24,000 nucleotides of DNA, taken from positions 2,091,391-2,115,390 of the forward strand of contig NZ_CP011391.1 of NCBI RefSeq assembly GCF_001564455.1, written 5' to 3'. Below the pieces are notes generated by a model, which did no database searches, was not told the DNA's origin, and worked only from the letters and a program-made list of their open reading frames with translations. Below, in pieces: positions 8,798-15,670 of this stretch. Every line of letters starts with the position of its first letter. Positions within the stretch are counted from its first letter, which is position 1. The position numbers and the translations under genes are program-made. Source of the DNA: Faecalibaculum rodentium. Lineage in GTDB: Bacteria; Bacillota_I; Bacilli_A; Erysipelotrichales; Erysipelotrichaceae.

Positions 8798-11692
8798 TCA
8801 CCAACTCTCCACCACCATCTCCAGCAGCTCCGCAGCTGCCACTTTATCCTTCACCCGAATCAGATGGTTCCAGGCATCCTCCGGACCTAACAGGTTGATG
8901 CCGCCATCCCACACCAGTTCCCTGTCGATCACCGCAAACGGATCAACCGGATCATCCAGCTCCCGGACGGAAAAACCTGCTTCTTTCAACCGGCGGATCG
9001 CTGCATCCTTGGTCCCTTCCCAGCCATCATCGGCAGTAGTGAAAATGACAACGTCCACTTCATTCCTGCCTTCCATAGCCTGAAGCACTTTCTCTGCCCT
9101 GGAAAGAGTGATGGCAGGACTGGAAATTACGACTTCCTTTCTGGACTCCCGGAGATCCTGGAGGAAGGCATCCAGATAGTTGTCCAGGTCGAATATCGCA
9201 TTGACGGTCTGGGATACCGCAGGATCTGTTGTCTGCAGCTGCCAGGCCGCCTTTTTGTATGTCTTCAGACGCTTTCGATACATCCCCTGGAATACCGGAA
9301 TCCGCCGGTCAATGTAGTCATATACCTGCACTGTCTTCTTTCCGGGGTAGTCCCTGTTCAGCCGGCCGAGGAACTGCAGAAGCAGCCCTTCAAAGGCAAT
9401 GGGTGATACAAGAAACAGGGTATCGAGCCGGGGATAGCTGAATCCTTCTCCGATTTTCTGGCCTGTGGCAATGATGAGAACTGATTCGTTGTCCGGAACT
9501 CTCTTCAGCTGACTCAGCTGTTCCCTGTTCTCTTTCTCAGAGTTGTCTCCATAAACCAGGAACAGATGATCTGCACTTCCTTCCAGGTGTCTGGCCAGCG
9601 TGGCTGCATGTGATTTCAGCCTTACGAATATGGCACAGGTATGACCTTCTGCAAGGGCCTGACGGACATCACCTGCAATCAGTTCGTTTCTCACAGGATC
9701 CTGTGCAATGTATTCATACAGCTCGTAGATGGCTGGCTTTTCTTCCCGCAGGCAGAGGCTGCGGGTAAACCGCGGGATAAGGAGCCTCTGCAGGTTCTGG
9801 CTCTTCGCCTTATCCATGGCACTGTAGGTGTGCCGAATATCGCCAATGAACATGGTGATAAGAGGATCCAGCTTGTCCGCCCGTTTCGGTGTGGCTGTCA
9901 TGCCGTAGAGATACGCAGGAGAAATCCGGTCCAGGATCTTTCGAAAGGTCGGAGATGCTGCATGGTGGCATTCATCCACGATGACCATTCCATAGCGGTC
10001 AGGAATGGAATCCATGTTTCCCAGTGTCTGTGCCATGGCGATATCCACAAGGCCTGTCATGGTGTTTTTGGATCCCTTCAGGACACCGATGTGGCTTTTT
10101 CGCCTTCTGGTTTTCCCAGCCTTTGTCCGATACTCCGGAAGGGGTTCATCAAATTTCAAAAACTCCTCCAGCTCTTGCTGCCACTGTTCCAGAAGTGCGG
10201 TCTTTTCAATGAGAATCAGCGTATTGACCTTCCTGTGCGCTATCAGGCTGGCTGCCACAACGGTTTTTCCGAAGGAAGTGGCGGCAGAGAGAATTCCATA
10301 GTCGTATTTCAGCAGTTCTTCCTGCGCTGCCTGCTGTTCCTGTCGGAGCGAACCCTGGAATTCAACGCGAAGCCATGCTCCCTTTTGCCGTTTGTCTCTG
10401 ATCCGATAGTCGATGCGGCTGCTTTCCAGCCGGTGTTTCAGCGTATCCCGTATTCCACGGGGCAGCCGGATATAGCCGTCCACATCGCTGCCGATATACA
10501 GGATGCGGGGTGTGTTCCAGTTGGAATATCCAAAGCGTGTGTTCTCATACCAGGCGGGATTTGCCATGGCTGCCAGATTCCGAATCTGATTCTGCAGTCT
10601 GGGATGGAGTGTGAGGGCATCTACATAGATGCCATCGGCGAGGATGATGGTCAGAGTTCCATAGACATCTTCGGGATGGAATTCACTGTTCTGCTTCCAG
10701 GGATCCGGGCGATACTGGCTAGTCATAGCCAGTCTTCCCGTCTCAACCGCAAGTTCCTGGCCCCAGGTTTGGATATACTGCTCCATTTGTTCTCTGGTGA
10801 GCTTCTGACACTCTTTCATGGCCTGCCACTGGTCGGGGATGGCATTCCAGTGTTCATCCACAAACGCTGTGTTGCCTTCTGTCAGCGAAGCACCGTGGAG
10901 GGGCAGTGCGATGAGACTGCCGAGATCCTCTGTCTGGTCCTGTGCGGGAAACATCCGGTCGTAACACTGGTAGGACCTGAGAGGAACCAGCTGGCTGCCT
11001 TTGTTCAGCAGCAGCATACCAAACTGCCTGGCTGTGGAAGCTTTGACAGGTTCCTTGAAAAAGATCCAGACATGAGATCCCTTTCCGGAACGGGATCTTT
11101 CCACAAGGCAGTTGATTCCCAGCTGGGTGCAGATCATCCGCAGGGTTTCAGCTTCCTTCCTCGTCTGGGCTGGATCAGAGGCTTCGCTGTGAGCGTCAAA
11201 GTCAAAAACCAGAAACCGGCAGGTCCCATCAGGATGCAGTGGATAGATTCCAACAGGATTTGAGGACCCCAGCAGATGCCGGAGCAGGATTTTAGGGTTG
11301 ATTGCCTCCCAGCCCCTGTGCAGACACTTGCTGCAGGGAGATTTTGGATTCGTGTGTTTAGGACAGACGCCGGCATTCCAGCGATACAGACACTGGGGAT
11401 ACCATCCTCCGTTTTTGCCTCGTTTGGCGTACACATCCATGCGGCCCCAGAACATAGAAAAGAAGAATCGGACCATGTATTCGGTGATCCATGGAAACTG
11501 GATCCGGGCTCCCTGATCCGGATCTGTATCAGGGGCTGATGGCATGGGCACTGGCAAGGATATATCATGAGACTCAAGCTGTTTTCTTAATTGTCTGTTT
11601 TCCTGTTCGAGACTTCGATATTTCTTTGCGAGTTCAATCAATGCCTGTTGAAGATATTCCATGGCTTTATGATAACAAGTTTGTGTCGTCAT
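8798..11692 (-). CDS. AEP (archaeo-eukaryotic primase)-like domain fused to an SF2 DExH helicase, with a C-terminal PLD-like-looking domain; conflict/defence-type protein
   Basis: N-terminal coiled coil (LEQENRQLRKQLE). Cys/His cluster CLYRWNAGVCPKHTNPKSPCSKCLH. AEP motifs FLVFDFDAH (DxD), SGKGSHVWIFF (sGxGxH) and LIALPLHG. Helicase motifs TSFGKTV (I), VIVDECHH (II), GMTATPKR (III) and QFLGRLNR (VI). C-terminal ISSPAIT..VVIFTT..FAVIDRELVWDGGINLLG. The start is ambiguous: track 11731 is TTG, and the ATGs at 11692 and 11662 both lack an SD. Confidence 0.85.
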   Translation of the reverse strand: MTTQTCYHKAMEYLQQALIELAKKYRSLEQENRQLRKQLESHDISLPVPMPSAPDTDPDQGARIQFPWITEYMVRFFFSMFWGRMDVYAKRGKNGGWYPQCLYRWNAGVCPKHTNPKSPCSKCLHRGWEAINPKILLRHLLGSSNPVGIYPLHPDGTCRFLVFDFDAHSEASDPAQTRKEAETLRMICTQLGINCLVERSRSGKGSHVWIFFKEPVKASTARQFGMLLLNKGSQLVPLRSYQCYDRMFPAQDQTEDLGSLIALPLHGASLTEGNTAFVDEHWNAIPDQWQAMKECQKLTREQMEQYIQTWGQELAVETGRLAMTSQYRPDPWKQNSEFHPEDVYGTLTIILADGIYVDALTLHPRLQNQIRNLAAMANPAWYENTRFGYSNWNTPRILYIGSDVDGYIRLPRGIRDTLKHRLESSRIDYRIRDKRQKGAWLRVEFQGSLRQEQQAAQEELLKYDYGILSAATSFGKTVVAASLIAHRKVNTLILIEKTALLEQWQQELEEFLKFDEPLPEYRTKAGKTRRRKSHIGVLKGSKNTMTGLVDIAMAQTLGNMDSIPDRYGMVIVDECHHAASPTFRKILDRISPAYLYGMTATPKRADKLDPLITMFIGDIRHTYSAMDKAKSQNLQRLLIPRFTRSLCLREEKPAIYELYEYIAQDPVRNELIAGDVRQALAEGHTCAIFVRLKSHAATLARHLEGSADHLFLVYGDNSEKENREQLSQLKRVPDNESVLIIATGQKIGEGFSYPRLDTLFLVSPIAFEGLLLQFLGRLNRDYPGKKTVQVYDYIDRRIPVFQGMYRKRLKTYKKAAWQLQTTDPAVSQTVNAIFDLDNYLDAFLQDLRESRKEVVISSPAITLSRAEKVLQAMEGRNEVDVVIFTTADDGWEGTKDAAIRRLKEAGFSVRELDDPVDPFAVIDRELVWDGGINLLGPEDAWNHLIRVKDKVAAAELLEMVVESW

Positions 11693-11762
11693 AATGCAAG
11701 AAAGCCAAACCCTATGCCCTGTCCGGAGCAAAATGCCGGTTCTTTCTCAGGTGTCTGAATCT

Positions 11763-11771
11763 CTGCTATAC
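11763..11771 (+). promoter_or_regulatory. Candidate extended -10 element (TGcTATACT) for the small acidic ORF
   Basis: TGCTATACT occurs at 11763..11771 with a weak -35 (TTTCTC, 11743..11748). It overlaps the start of a tandem ACTCAGGAAG/ACTCAGGAAA pair (11769..11788). Motif match only. Confidence 0.3.
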
Positions 11772-11892
11772 TCAGGAAGACTCAGGAAAAATTGCTGCAA
11801 CAGTAACGTGTGGATGCCTGTCGCCTGCTTTGGATAAAGCGGGTGAATCATGGCGTATCCCTGCTTCTGTGCAGAGCAGGAAAGAACAGTCC

Positions 11893-12123
11893 ATGATTTT
11901 AGATGATTTGAACTTTGACGATATTGATCTGGATGTTTTGTTTGGGCGTGATTATGATGGCAAGGAATTTGACATGACGGAATATGTCGGTGTATGGAAT
12001 GGATATGATGTGTATCTCGGGTATGCAGATGGAGAAGATCATGTCCTGCTGGTCAAGGGGAAACGGGCGTGGTATCCCAACAGTATGGACCTCGATGAGA
12101 TCAAATACATCTTTGATCTCTGA
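11893..12123 (+). CDS. Small highly acidic hypothetical protein (76 aa)
   Basis: ATG at 11893 is preceded by AGGAAAG. MILDDLNFDDIDLDVLFGRDYDGKEFDMTEYVGVWNGYDVYLGYADGEDHVLLVKGKRAWYPNSMDLDEIKYIFDL has 19 D/E against 6 K/R. It is followed by the hairpin terminator at 12210..12253. The track start at 11830 is TTG. No family was recognised. Confidence 0.45.
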   Translation: MILDDLNFDDIDLDVLFGRDYDGKEFDMTEYVGVWNGYDVYLGYADGEDHVLLVKGKRAWYPNSMDLDEIKYIFDL

Positions 12124-12209
12124 GACTGACTGATTGACTGTCACAAGACGGGCGAGGTCGGTCGTGTCTTTCCCAGGACTGGTTTTGCTATTTTTCCTAC
12201 AGCGATTTT

Positions 12210-12253
12210 AAAAAGCCTGGCGCTTTCACCACCGAAGCACCAGGCTTGTTTTT
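12210..12253. terminator. Bidirectional rho-independent terminator-like hairpin (repeat copy R1)
   Basis: AAAAAGCCTGGCGCTT-TCACCACCG-AAGCACCAGGCTTGTTTTT forms a 12-bp stem (one C-A mismatch). An A-run precedes it and a T-run follows, so it can terminate the + strand small ORF and the - strand TAC operon. Confidence 0.6.
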
Positions 12254-12506
12254 ATGAATCATTCAATTCACCTGCTTAAGGAAGTTCAAAATGAGATTCT
12301 GGCGGCAACAGAGATAGCTGTTTCAATCACAGTCATCAAAGTGTCAGGTTACCAAGCCTTCCATTTCATGATAAGAAGCTGCTATAAGAAATCCAAAAGC
12401 TGGAAACTGCTCGATTTATTGTTGGCAAACGACCAGTAGTTCGGCATATGGCCGGAGTCCACCCCATTGCGAATGAGCAGATTTCATTTCAATCGTTTCA
12501 GAAGTG

Positions 12507-12923
12507 TCAGGAATCCGATTTTCGTTCGAGCACAATATCATGATCCAGATCCAGACGACTGCAGTCAATGATTGGGAGCTTCACTTCCGATATTGTGTAG
12601 GATGTAATAGTCTGGACTGCCTCACGTACGTAAGGGAATGCAACAGCCATGAATCTTTTAATATGAGAGTTGATAGCATCAATATCATCTTCTTCAAAAT
12701 CCCGAATCAGTCCCTCATCCTGCAGGGAAAAAATACTGGTAAATTCCATTGGAACTTCCTTGTCATGCTTTCCGCACAGCAAAATCTGGATCCCAACCGA
12801 GAGAAGGCGGTTTTTCCTTCTGTAATCATAACCGGTCACCCCTATTACAATTTCTTCGTAAGGATGTACTTCAGAGAGTTCATATTCAAGCTTTTCAAGC
12901 TTAAAATCCAAATAAGTAAACAT
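12507..12923 (-). CDS. SecB-like chaperone (third gene of a toxin-antitoxin-chaperone cassette)
   Basis: 138 aa. AFPYVREAVQTITSYTISEVKLPIID matches the conserved SecB C-terminal core as I recall it (E. coli SecB [28 protein letters not shown]; M. tuberculosis Rv1957 LYPYIREYV). The N-terminal beta-strand-like LDFKLEKLEYEL and LLSVGIQILLCG resemble the SecB fold pattern. AGGGGGG RBS; the ATG lies 9 nt after the antitoxin TAG. Confidence 0.65.
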   Translation of the reverse strand: MFTYLDFKLEKLEYELSEVHPYEEIVIGVTGYDYRRKNRLLSVGIQILLCGKHDKEVPMEFTSIFSLQDEGLIRDFEEDDIDAINSHIKRFMAVAFPYVREAVQTITSYTISEVKLPIIDCSRLDLDHDIVLERKSDS

Positions 12924-12932
12924 ATTCCCCCC

Positions 12933-13403
12933 CTACGCCTGCAGAAACACAGCTTGATTCTTAGCTCTGTCCACTGTCTCGACAGGTACGTATACATCAA
13001 TCGCAGATGGTCTGCTTTGCCAGCTGTTTTCTTCAGATTCCCATTTCCCGATATCATAACAGTCAAGGGCATAGGCTCGAATCTTGTGACATTCTCTCGC
13101 TTCATCTTTTCGCTTAGGTTCAGTAACGGCGCTCTTCCTGAACTGGTACAACTCGCTCACCAGCTCGGGGTGTCGATCCAGCAGGTAAAGAGTCCTGCTG
13201 GCGGCTCCTTTGATTGGGTTGGCCCCCTGTTCCCATTTTTCAATGGTTTTTTCGCTTAGCCCCAGCATCTTTGCCATCATTCTCTGTGAAAGTCCCAGTT
13301 TCTGCCGAAGGGCTTTTGCAAAACTATTGGTCGTAATCTCTTCTGTGTTTGTAAACTCATTTTTACAAACAGGCATCTTTTTCAAAGCTTCTATATCAAA
13401 CAT
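12933..13403 (-). CDS. XRE/HigA-type helix-turn-helix antitoxin with a roughly 70-aa C-terminal extension
   Basis: 156 aa. HTH core FAKALRQKLGLSQRMMAKMLGLSEKTIEKWEQGANPIKGAASRTLYLLDRHPELV. This is followed by an aromatic/charged tail (..YALDCYDIGKWESEENSWQSRPSAIDVYVPVE..). Strong RBS AGAGGAGAG upstream of the ATG at 13403. Confidence 0.8.
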   Translation of the reverse strand: MFDIEALKKMPVCKNEFTNTEEITTNSFAKALRQKLGLSQRMMAKMLGLSEKTIEKWEQGANPIKGAASRTLYLLDRHPELVSELYQFRKSAVTEPKRKDEARECHKIRAYALDCYDIGKWESEENSWQSRPSAIDVYVPVETVDRAKNQAVFLQA

Positions 13404-13421
13404 ATTCTCTCCTCTAAATAT

Positions 13422-13442
13422 CTTCAGGTCTTTGACCTGAAG
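13422..13442. promoter_or_regulatory. Perfect 9-bp inverted repeat between toxin and antitoxin genes
   Basis: CTTCAGGTC-TTT-GACCTGAAG, read directly. It ends 18 nt upstream of the antitoxin ATG, just 5' of its SD on the mRNA. Confidence 0.4.
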
Positions 13443-13495
13443 CAGTCAATCCACATCTTTCACGCCAGGGTTCCACTATTTTTTTCCGAAATCGG

Positions 13496-13921
13496 TCATT
13501 CTTTTTCACTGGCTTCCCGGACTTTCTCCAGGTTGCTGACCAATTTACGAAGCTGATTCTTCTCGTTGGATGTCAAATCAGTCTTCGGCTTCTTTCCTGC
13601 ATGTTTATGATAAATATGACAGATAAATGAAGTCTCGCAAAGAGCTGCAACCAGAATGATCCTGTATCCTCCACGTTTGCCACTATTGCGCTTTGGATCT
13701 TTGCAGCGCATTTTATAAACAGCCAGATCCGAATATTTCTCTGACTGAATCAATCTGCTTCCAGAACGATCATTCTCGAGATCATCCGCTACATCCTGAA
13801 GTATCTGATTGTATCCTGACTGCCCAAGTCCCGTTCTCTTCAGATCTTTCTCCAGGTCAAACCCATAATCCTTCAGTTCCCGCAGGAGATCAGGACTGTC
13901 AAAAGTATCAGTCAGATTCAT
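13496..13921 (-). CDS. RelE/ParE-superfamily toxin, HigB-2-like
   Basis: 141 aa. The core AVYKMRCKDPKRNSGKRGGYRIILVA...ICHIYHKHAGKKPKTDLTSNEKNQLRKLV resembles the ..KGKGKRGGSRIIYY...IYGKNEMSDL..QRKQL pattern I recall for Vibrio HigB-2-type toxins. It is the first gene of the cassette. GGGGATGG RBS. Confidence 0.7.
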   Translation of the reverse strand: MNLTDTFDSPDLLRELKDYGFDLEKDLKRTGLGQSGYNQILQDVADDLENDRSGSRLIQSEKYSDLAVYKMRCKDPKRNSGKRGGYRIILVAALCETSFICHIYHKHAGKKPKTDLTSNEKNQLRKLVSNLEKVREASEKE

Positions 13922-13937
13922 AATCCATCCCCAATCG

Positions 13938-13968
13938 CCCTATTTAGTAGGGTATTCAAATCATACCA
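13938..13968 (-). promoter_or_regulatory. Candidate TAC promoter (extended -10 TGGTATGAT) with adjacent small inverted repeat
   Basis: On the minus strand, TGGTATGAT (13968..13960) is followed immediately by CCCTA-N5-TAGGG (13952..13938), about 17 nt upstream of the toxin ATG. Motif-level evidence only, and the -35 is weak. Confidence 0.35.
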
Positions 13969-14010
13969 TATTCTGCCTTTGAAAAAGATATATATTACCG
14001 TTATGGATTC

Positions 14011-14055
14011 AAAAAGCCTAGCGCTTTACTCCTGAAGCACCAGGCTCATTTTCTG
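14011..14055 (-). terminator. Rho-independent terminator-like hairpin downstream of the FMN reductase (repeat copy R2)
   Basis: AAAAAGCCTAGCGCTT-TACTCCTG-AAGCACCAGGCT; on the minus strand the stem is followed by TTTTTG. It shares the blocks AAAAAGCCT, GCGCTTT and GAAGCACCAGGCT with R1 at 12210..12253. Confidence 0.55.
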
Positions 14056-14060
14056 TTCAT

Positions 14061-14612
14061 TTATCCCAGTAGTGTATCGATCTGCCCTTCGAGCATTTCC
14101 TTCACACCCGGTGTCTTCATGACATCATCGCTGCCCCAGCTTTCCGGAGACAGGGCAATGCCTTCAGAACTGATCACCGTCATGCCCATGAACTTGCAAA
14201 GCAGAGACAGGTTTTTCCTTACGCCAAAGCCTGCAGCCCTGCCACCGGCGGTTGTCAGCAGCACTTTTCGGCCATAGACCGCTGTATCCGATTTATCCGC
14301 CCCGGGCTTCAGCCCCCGGGACAGCCAGTCCAGCAGGTTCTTTTCTCCGCCGGGAATCTGCCCGTTATATTCCGGGGAAAAGATCCAGATCACATTGCAG
14401 CCCATGACCTCATCCCGGACTTTCTGCACAGCTTCCGGTGTCGGGAACTCGTCATCCTGACTGAAAAACGGCACATCGAGCCACTCGATCATTTCCACCT
14501 TCTGCCCCTTTTCCTCCAGCATGGTTCTCGCAAGACTGGCCAGCTGTCTGTTGAAGCTGTTCTTTCTCCTGCTGCCCACCAGCAGCCCGATTGTATCGGT
14601 TTCATTGTTCAT
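14061..14612 (-). CDS. NAD(P)H-dependent FMN reductase family oxidoreductase
   Basis: The ATG at 14612 is preceded by AGGAGGAA; the track start at 14741 adds 43 unlikely residues. IGLLVGSRRKNSFNRQLA and IWIFSPEYNGQIPGGEKNLLDWLSR are typical of the FMN_red family. Confidence 0.8.
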   Translation of the reverse strand: MNNETDTIGLLVGSRRKNSFNRQLASLARTMLEEKGQKVEMIEWLDVPFFSQDDEFPTPEAVQKVRDEVMGCNVIWIFSPEYNGQIPGGEKNLLDWLSRGLKPGADKSDTAVYGRKVLLTTAGGRAAGFGVRKNLSLLCKFMGMTVISSEGIALSPESWGSDDVMKTPGVKEMLEGQIDTLLG

Positions 14613-14831
14613 TGATTGTTCCTCCTGAATGATATGGGATAAACCAGTGATTCCCGGCTTTCTCCCTCTCTCTTCAGTATAAAGGGTCAAGTGGAACGGG
14701 CTCTGTCTGGTGCCCCTGCGGTATATAGAAAAGTGTTCCACTGATTCCGGTTGTATTTGCGGTCATGACAACGGTCCTGACAACATCGTCACTCTTCCAC
14801 CATCGGCACTCCCCGTCTCCACCATCCCCAT

Positions 14832-14880
14832 CACAAAAAGCAGCGGCTGCCCCCTGCCCGGGAGAAACCACTGCTTTTGT
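14832..14880 (-). terminator. Rho-independent terminator after the aldolase gene
   Basis: On the minus strand, AAAAGCAGTGGTTTCTCCCGGGCAGGGGGCAGCCGCTGCTTTTTGTG. The AGCAGTGG/CCGCTGCT stem (one G-U) has a GC-rich interior and a T-run, and lies 25 nt after the stop at 14905. Confidence 0.6.
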
Positions 14881-14904
14881 TCGTCATTCTGTTTGAAATC
14901 TGCT

Positions 14905-15609
14905 TTATTCCTCTGTCAGCTTGTCTTCGATGTCTTCACTTTCATCGAACAGAGTATCCCGCATATAGGCGCGGTTCCAGTTCACACAGAACTCACCTAC
15001 GGCAATGCGCGTGGCCGGGTGGTTGATCATTTCATAGACCACATCCGCAGGCACTGTCACGGCTCCAATGCCGTTTTCAATCAGCTCGCTGACCTGGCCC
15101 ACGTTTTTGAAGCTCGCCGCAATCACCTTGGAATCCAGACCGTTTTCCTTGATCATCCGGTTCAGCTTCAGGACCTCGGCAACGCCGTCACCATAGTTGC
15201 ACATCCGGTTGGTATAGGGAGCCAGGTAGTTGGCACCGTTCTGCGCTGCCAGGAATCCCTGTGCAGGGGTGTAAATGGCTGTGGCCAGAGTCTTGATGCC
15301 TTCCTTGCGGCACTGTTTCAGAGCCTTGAGACCGTCACGAGAAACCGGGATCTTCACATACATGTTTTCCGGGCGCATGGCGCTGATCTTCCGGGCTTCG
15401 TCCATGATGCCTTCATAGTCTGTCTTGACGACCTGCACGAAGAGCTTCTGCTCCGGGGACAGGATGGAAATGATTTCCGGCAGCACATCCTCGGGCATCC
15501 GCCCGCTTTTTGTCAGGATCGTGGGGTTGGTGGTGACACCGGCGACTGTGATCAGTTCATTGAGATCGCGAATGCGTGCAACATCGGCTGTATCCAGCAT
15601 GAATTCCAT
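14905..15609 (-). CDS. fsa: Fructose-6-phosphate aldolase-type member of the transaldolase family (class I aldolase)
   Basis: 234 aa, collinear with E. coli FsaA as I recall it (MEFMLDTADV.., AGVTTNPT, VKIPV, ASFKN). It carries Gln in LFVQV and Tyr in APYTNR. These residues distinguish FSA-type aldolases (Q59/Y131) from true transaldolases (Glu/Phe). AAGGAGGAA RBS. Confidence 0.8.
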   Translation of the reverse strand: MEFMLDTADVARIRDLNELITVAGVTTNPTILTKSGRMPEDVLPEIISILSPEQKLFVQVVKTDYEGIMDEARKISAMRPENMYVKIPVSRDGLKALKQCRKEGIKTLATAIYTPAQGFLAAQNGANYLAPYTNRMCNYGDGVAEVLKLNRMIKENGLDSKVIAASFKNVGQVSELIENGIGAVTVPADVVYEMINHPATRIAVGEFCVNWNRAYMRDTLFDESEDIEDKLTEE

Positions 15610-15670
15610 AAGAAGTTCCTCCTTGTACCTTGTCTGTTCTATGTGATTTATCGTATCTGCCAGATCCGGG

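Noticed and set aside
9641-11263. 540-aa plus-strand ORF antisense to the AEP-helicase gene. Similar long antisense ORFs occur at 16850..18694, 14710..15684, 15713..16699, 1405..2322, 19830..20630, 20501..21271, 21562..22323, 22503..23027 and 23179..23841.
   Set aside because: All lie opposite genes with clear family motifs. Their translations are Arg/Pro/Gly/His-rich low-information sequence with no recognisable motifs and no RBS. Long stop-free antisense frames are expected opposite GC-rich, codon-biased genes.
12254-12506. 61-aa plus ORF (12254..12439) and several 16-33-aa minus-strand ORFs between hairpin R1 and the chaperone stop. I considered a fourth cassette gene or a gene remnant.
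   Set aside because: There is no RBS, every minus frame is interrupted by stops, and no motif was recognised. I treat it as noncoding or degenerate DNA. A decayed gene remnant cannot be excluded without a database search.
12504-13259. 251-aa plus-strand ORF overlapping the chaperone and antitoxin genes.
   Set aside because: It is antisense to two genes with recognisable SecB-like and HTH motifs and strong RBSs. Its own sequence is low-complexity hydrophobic with no start context.
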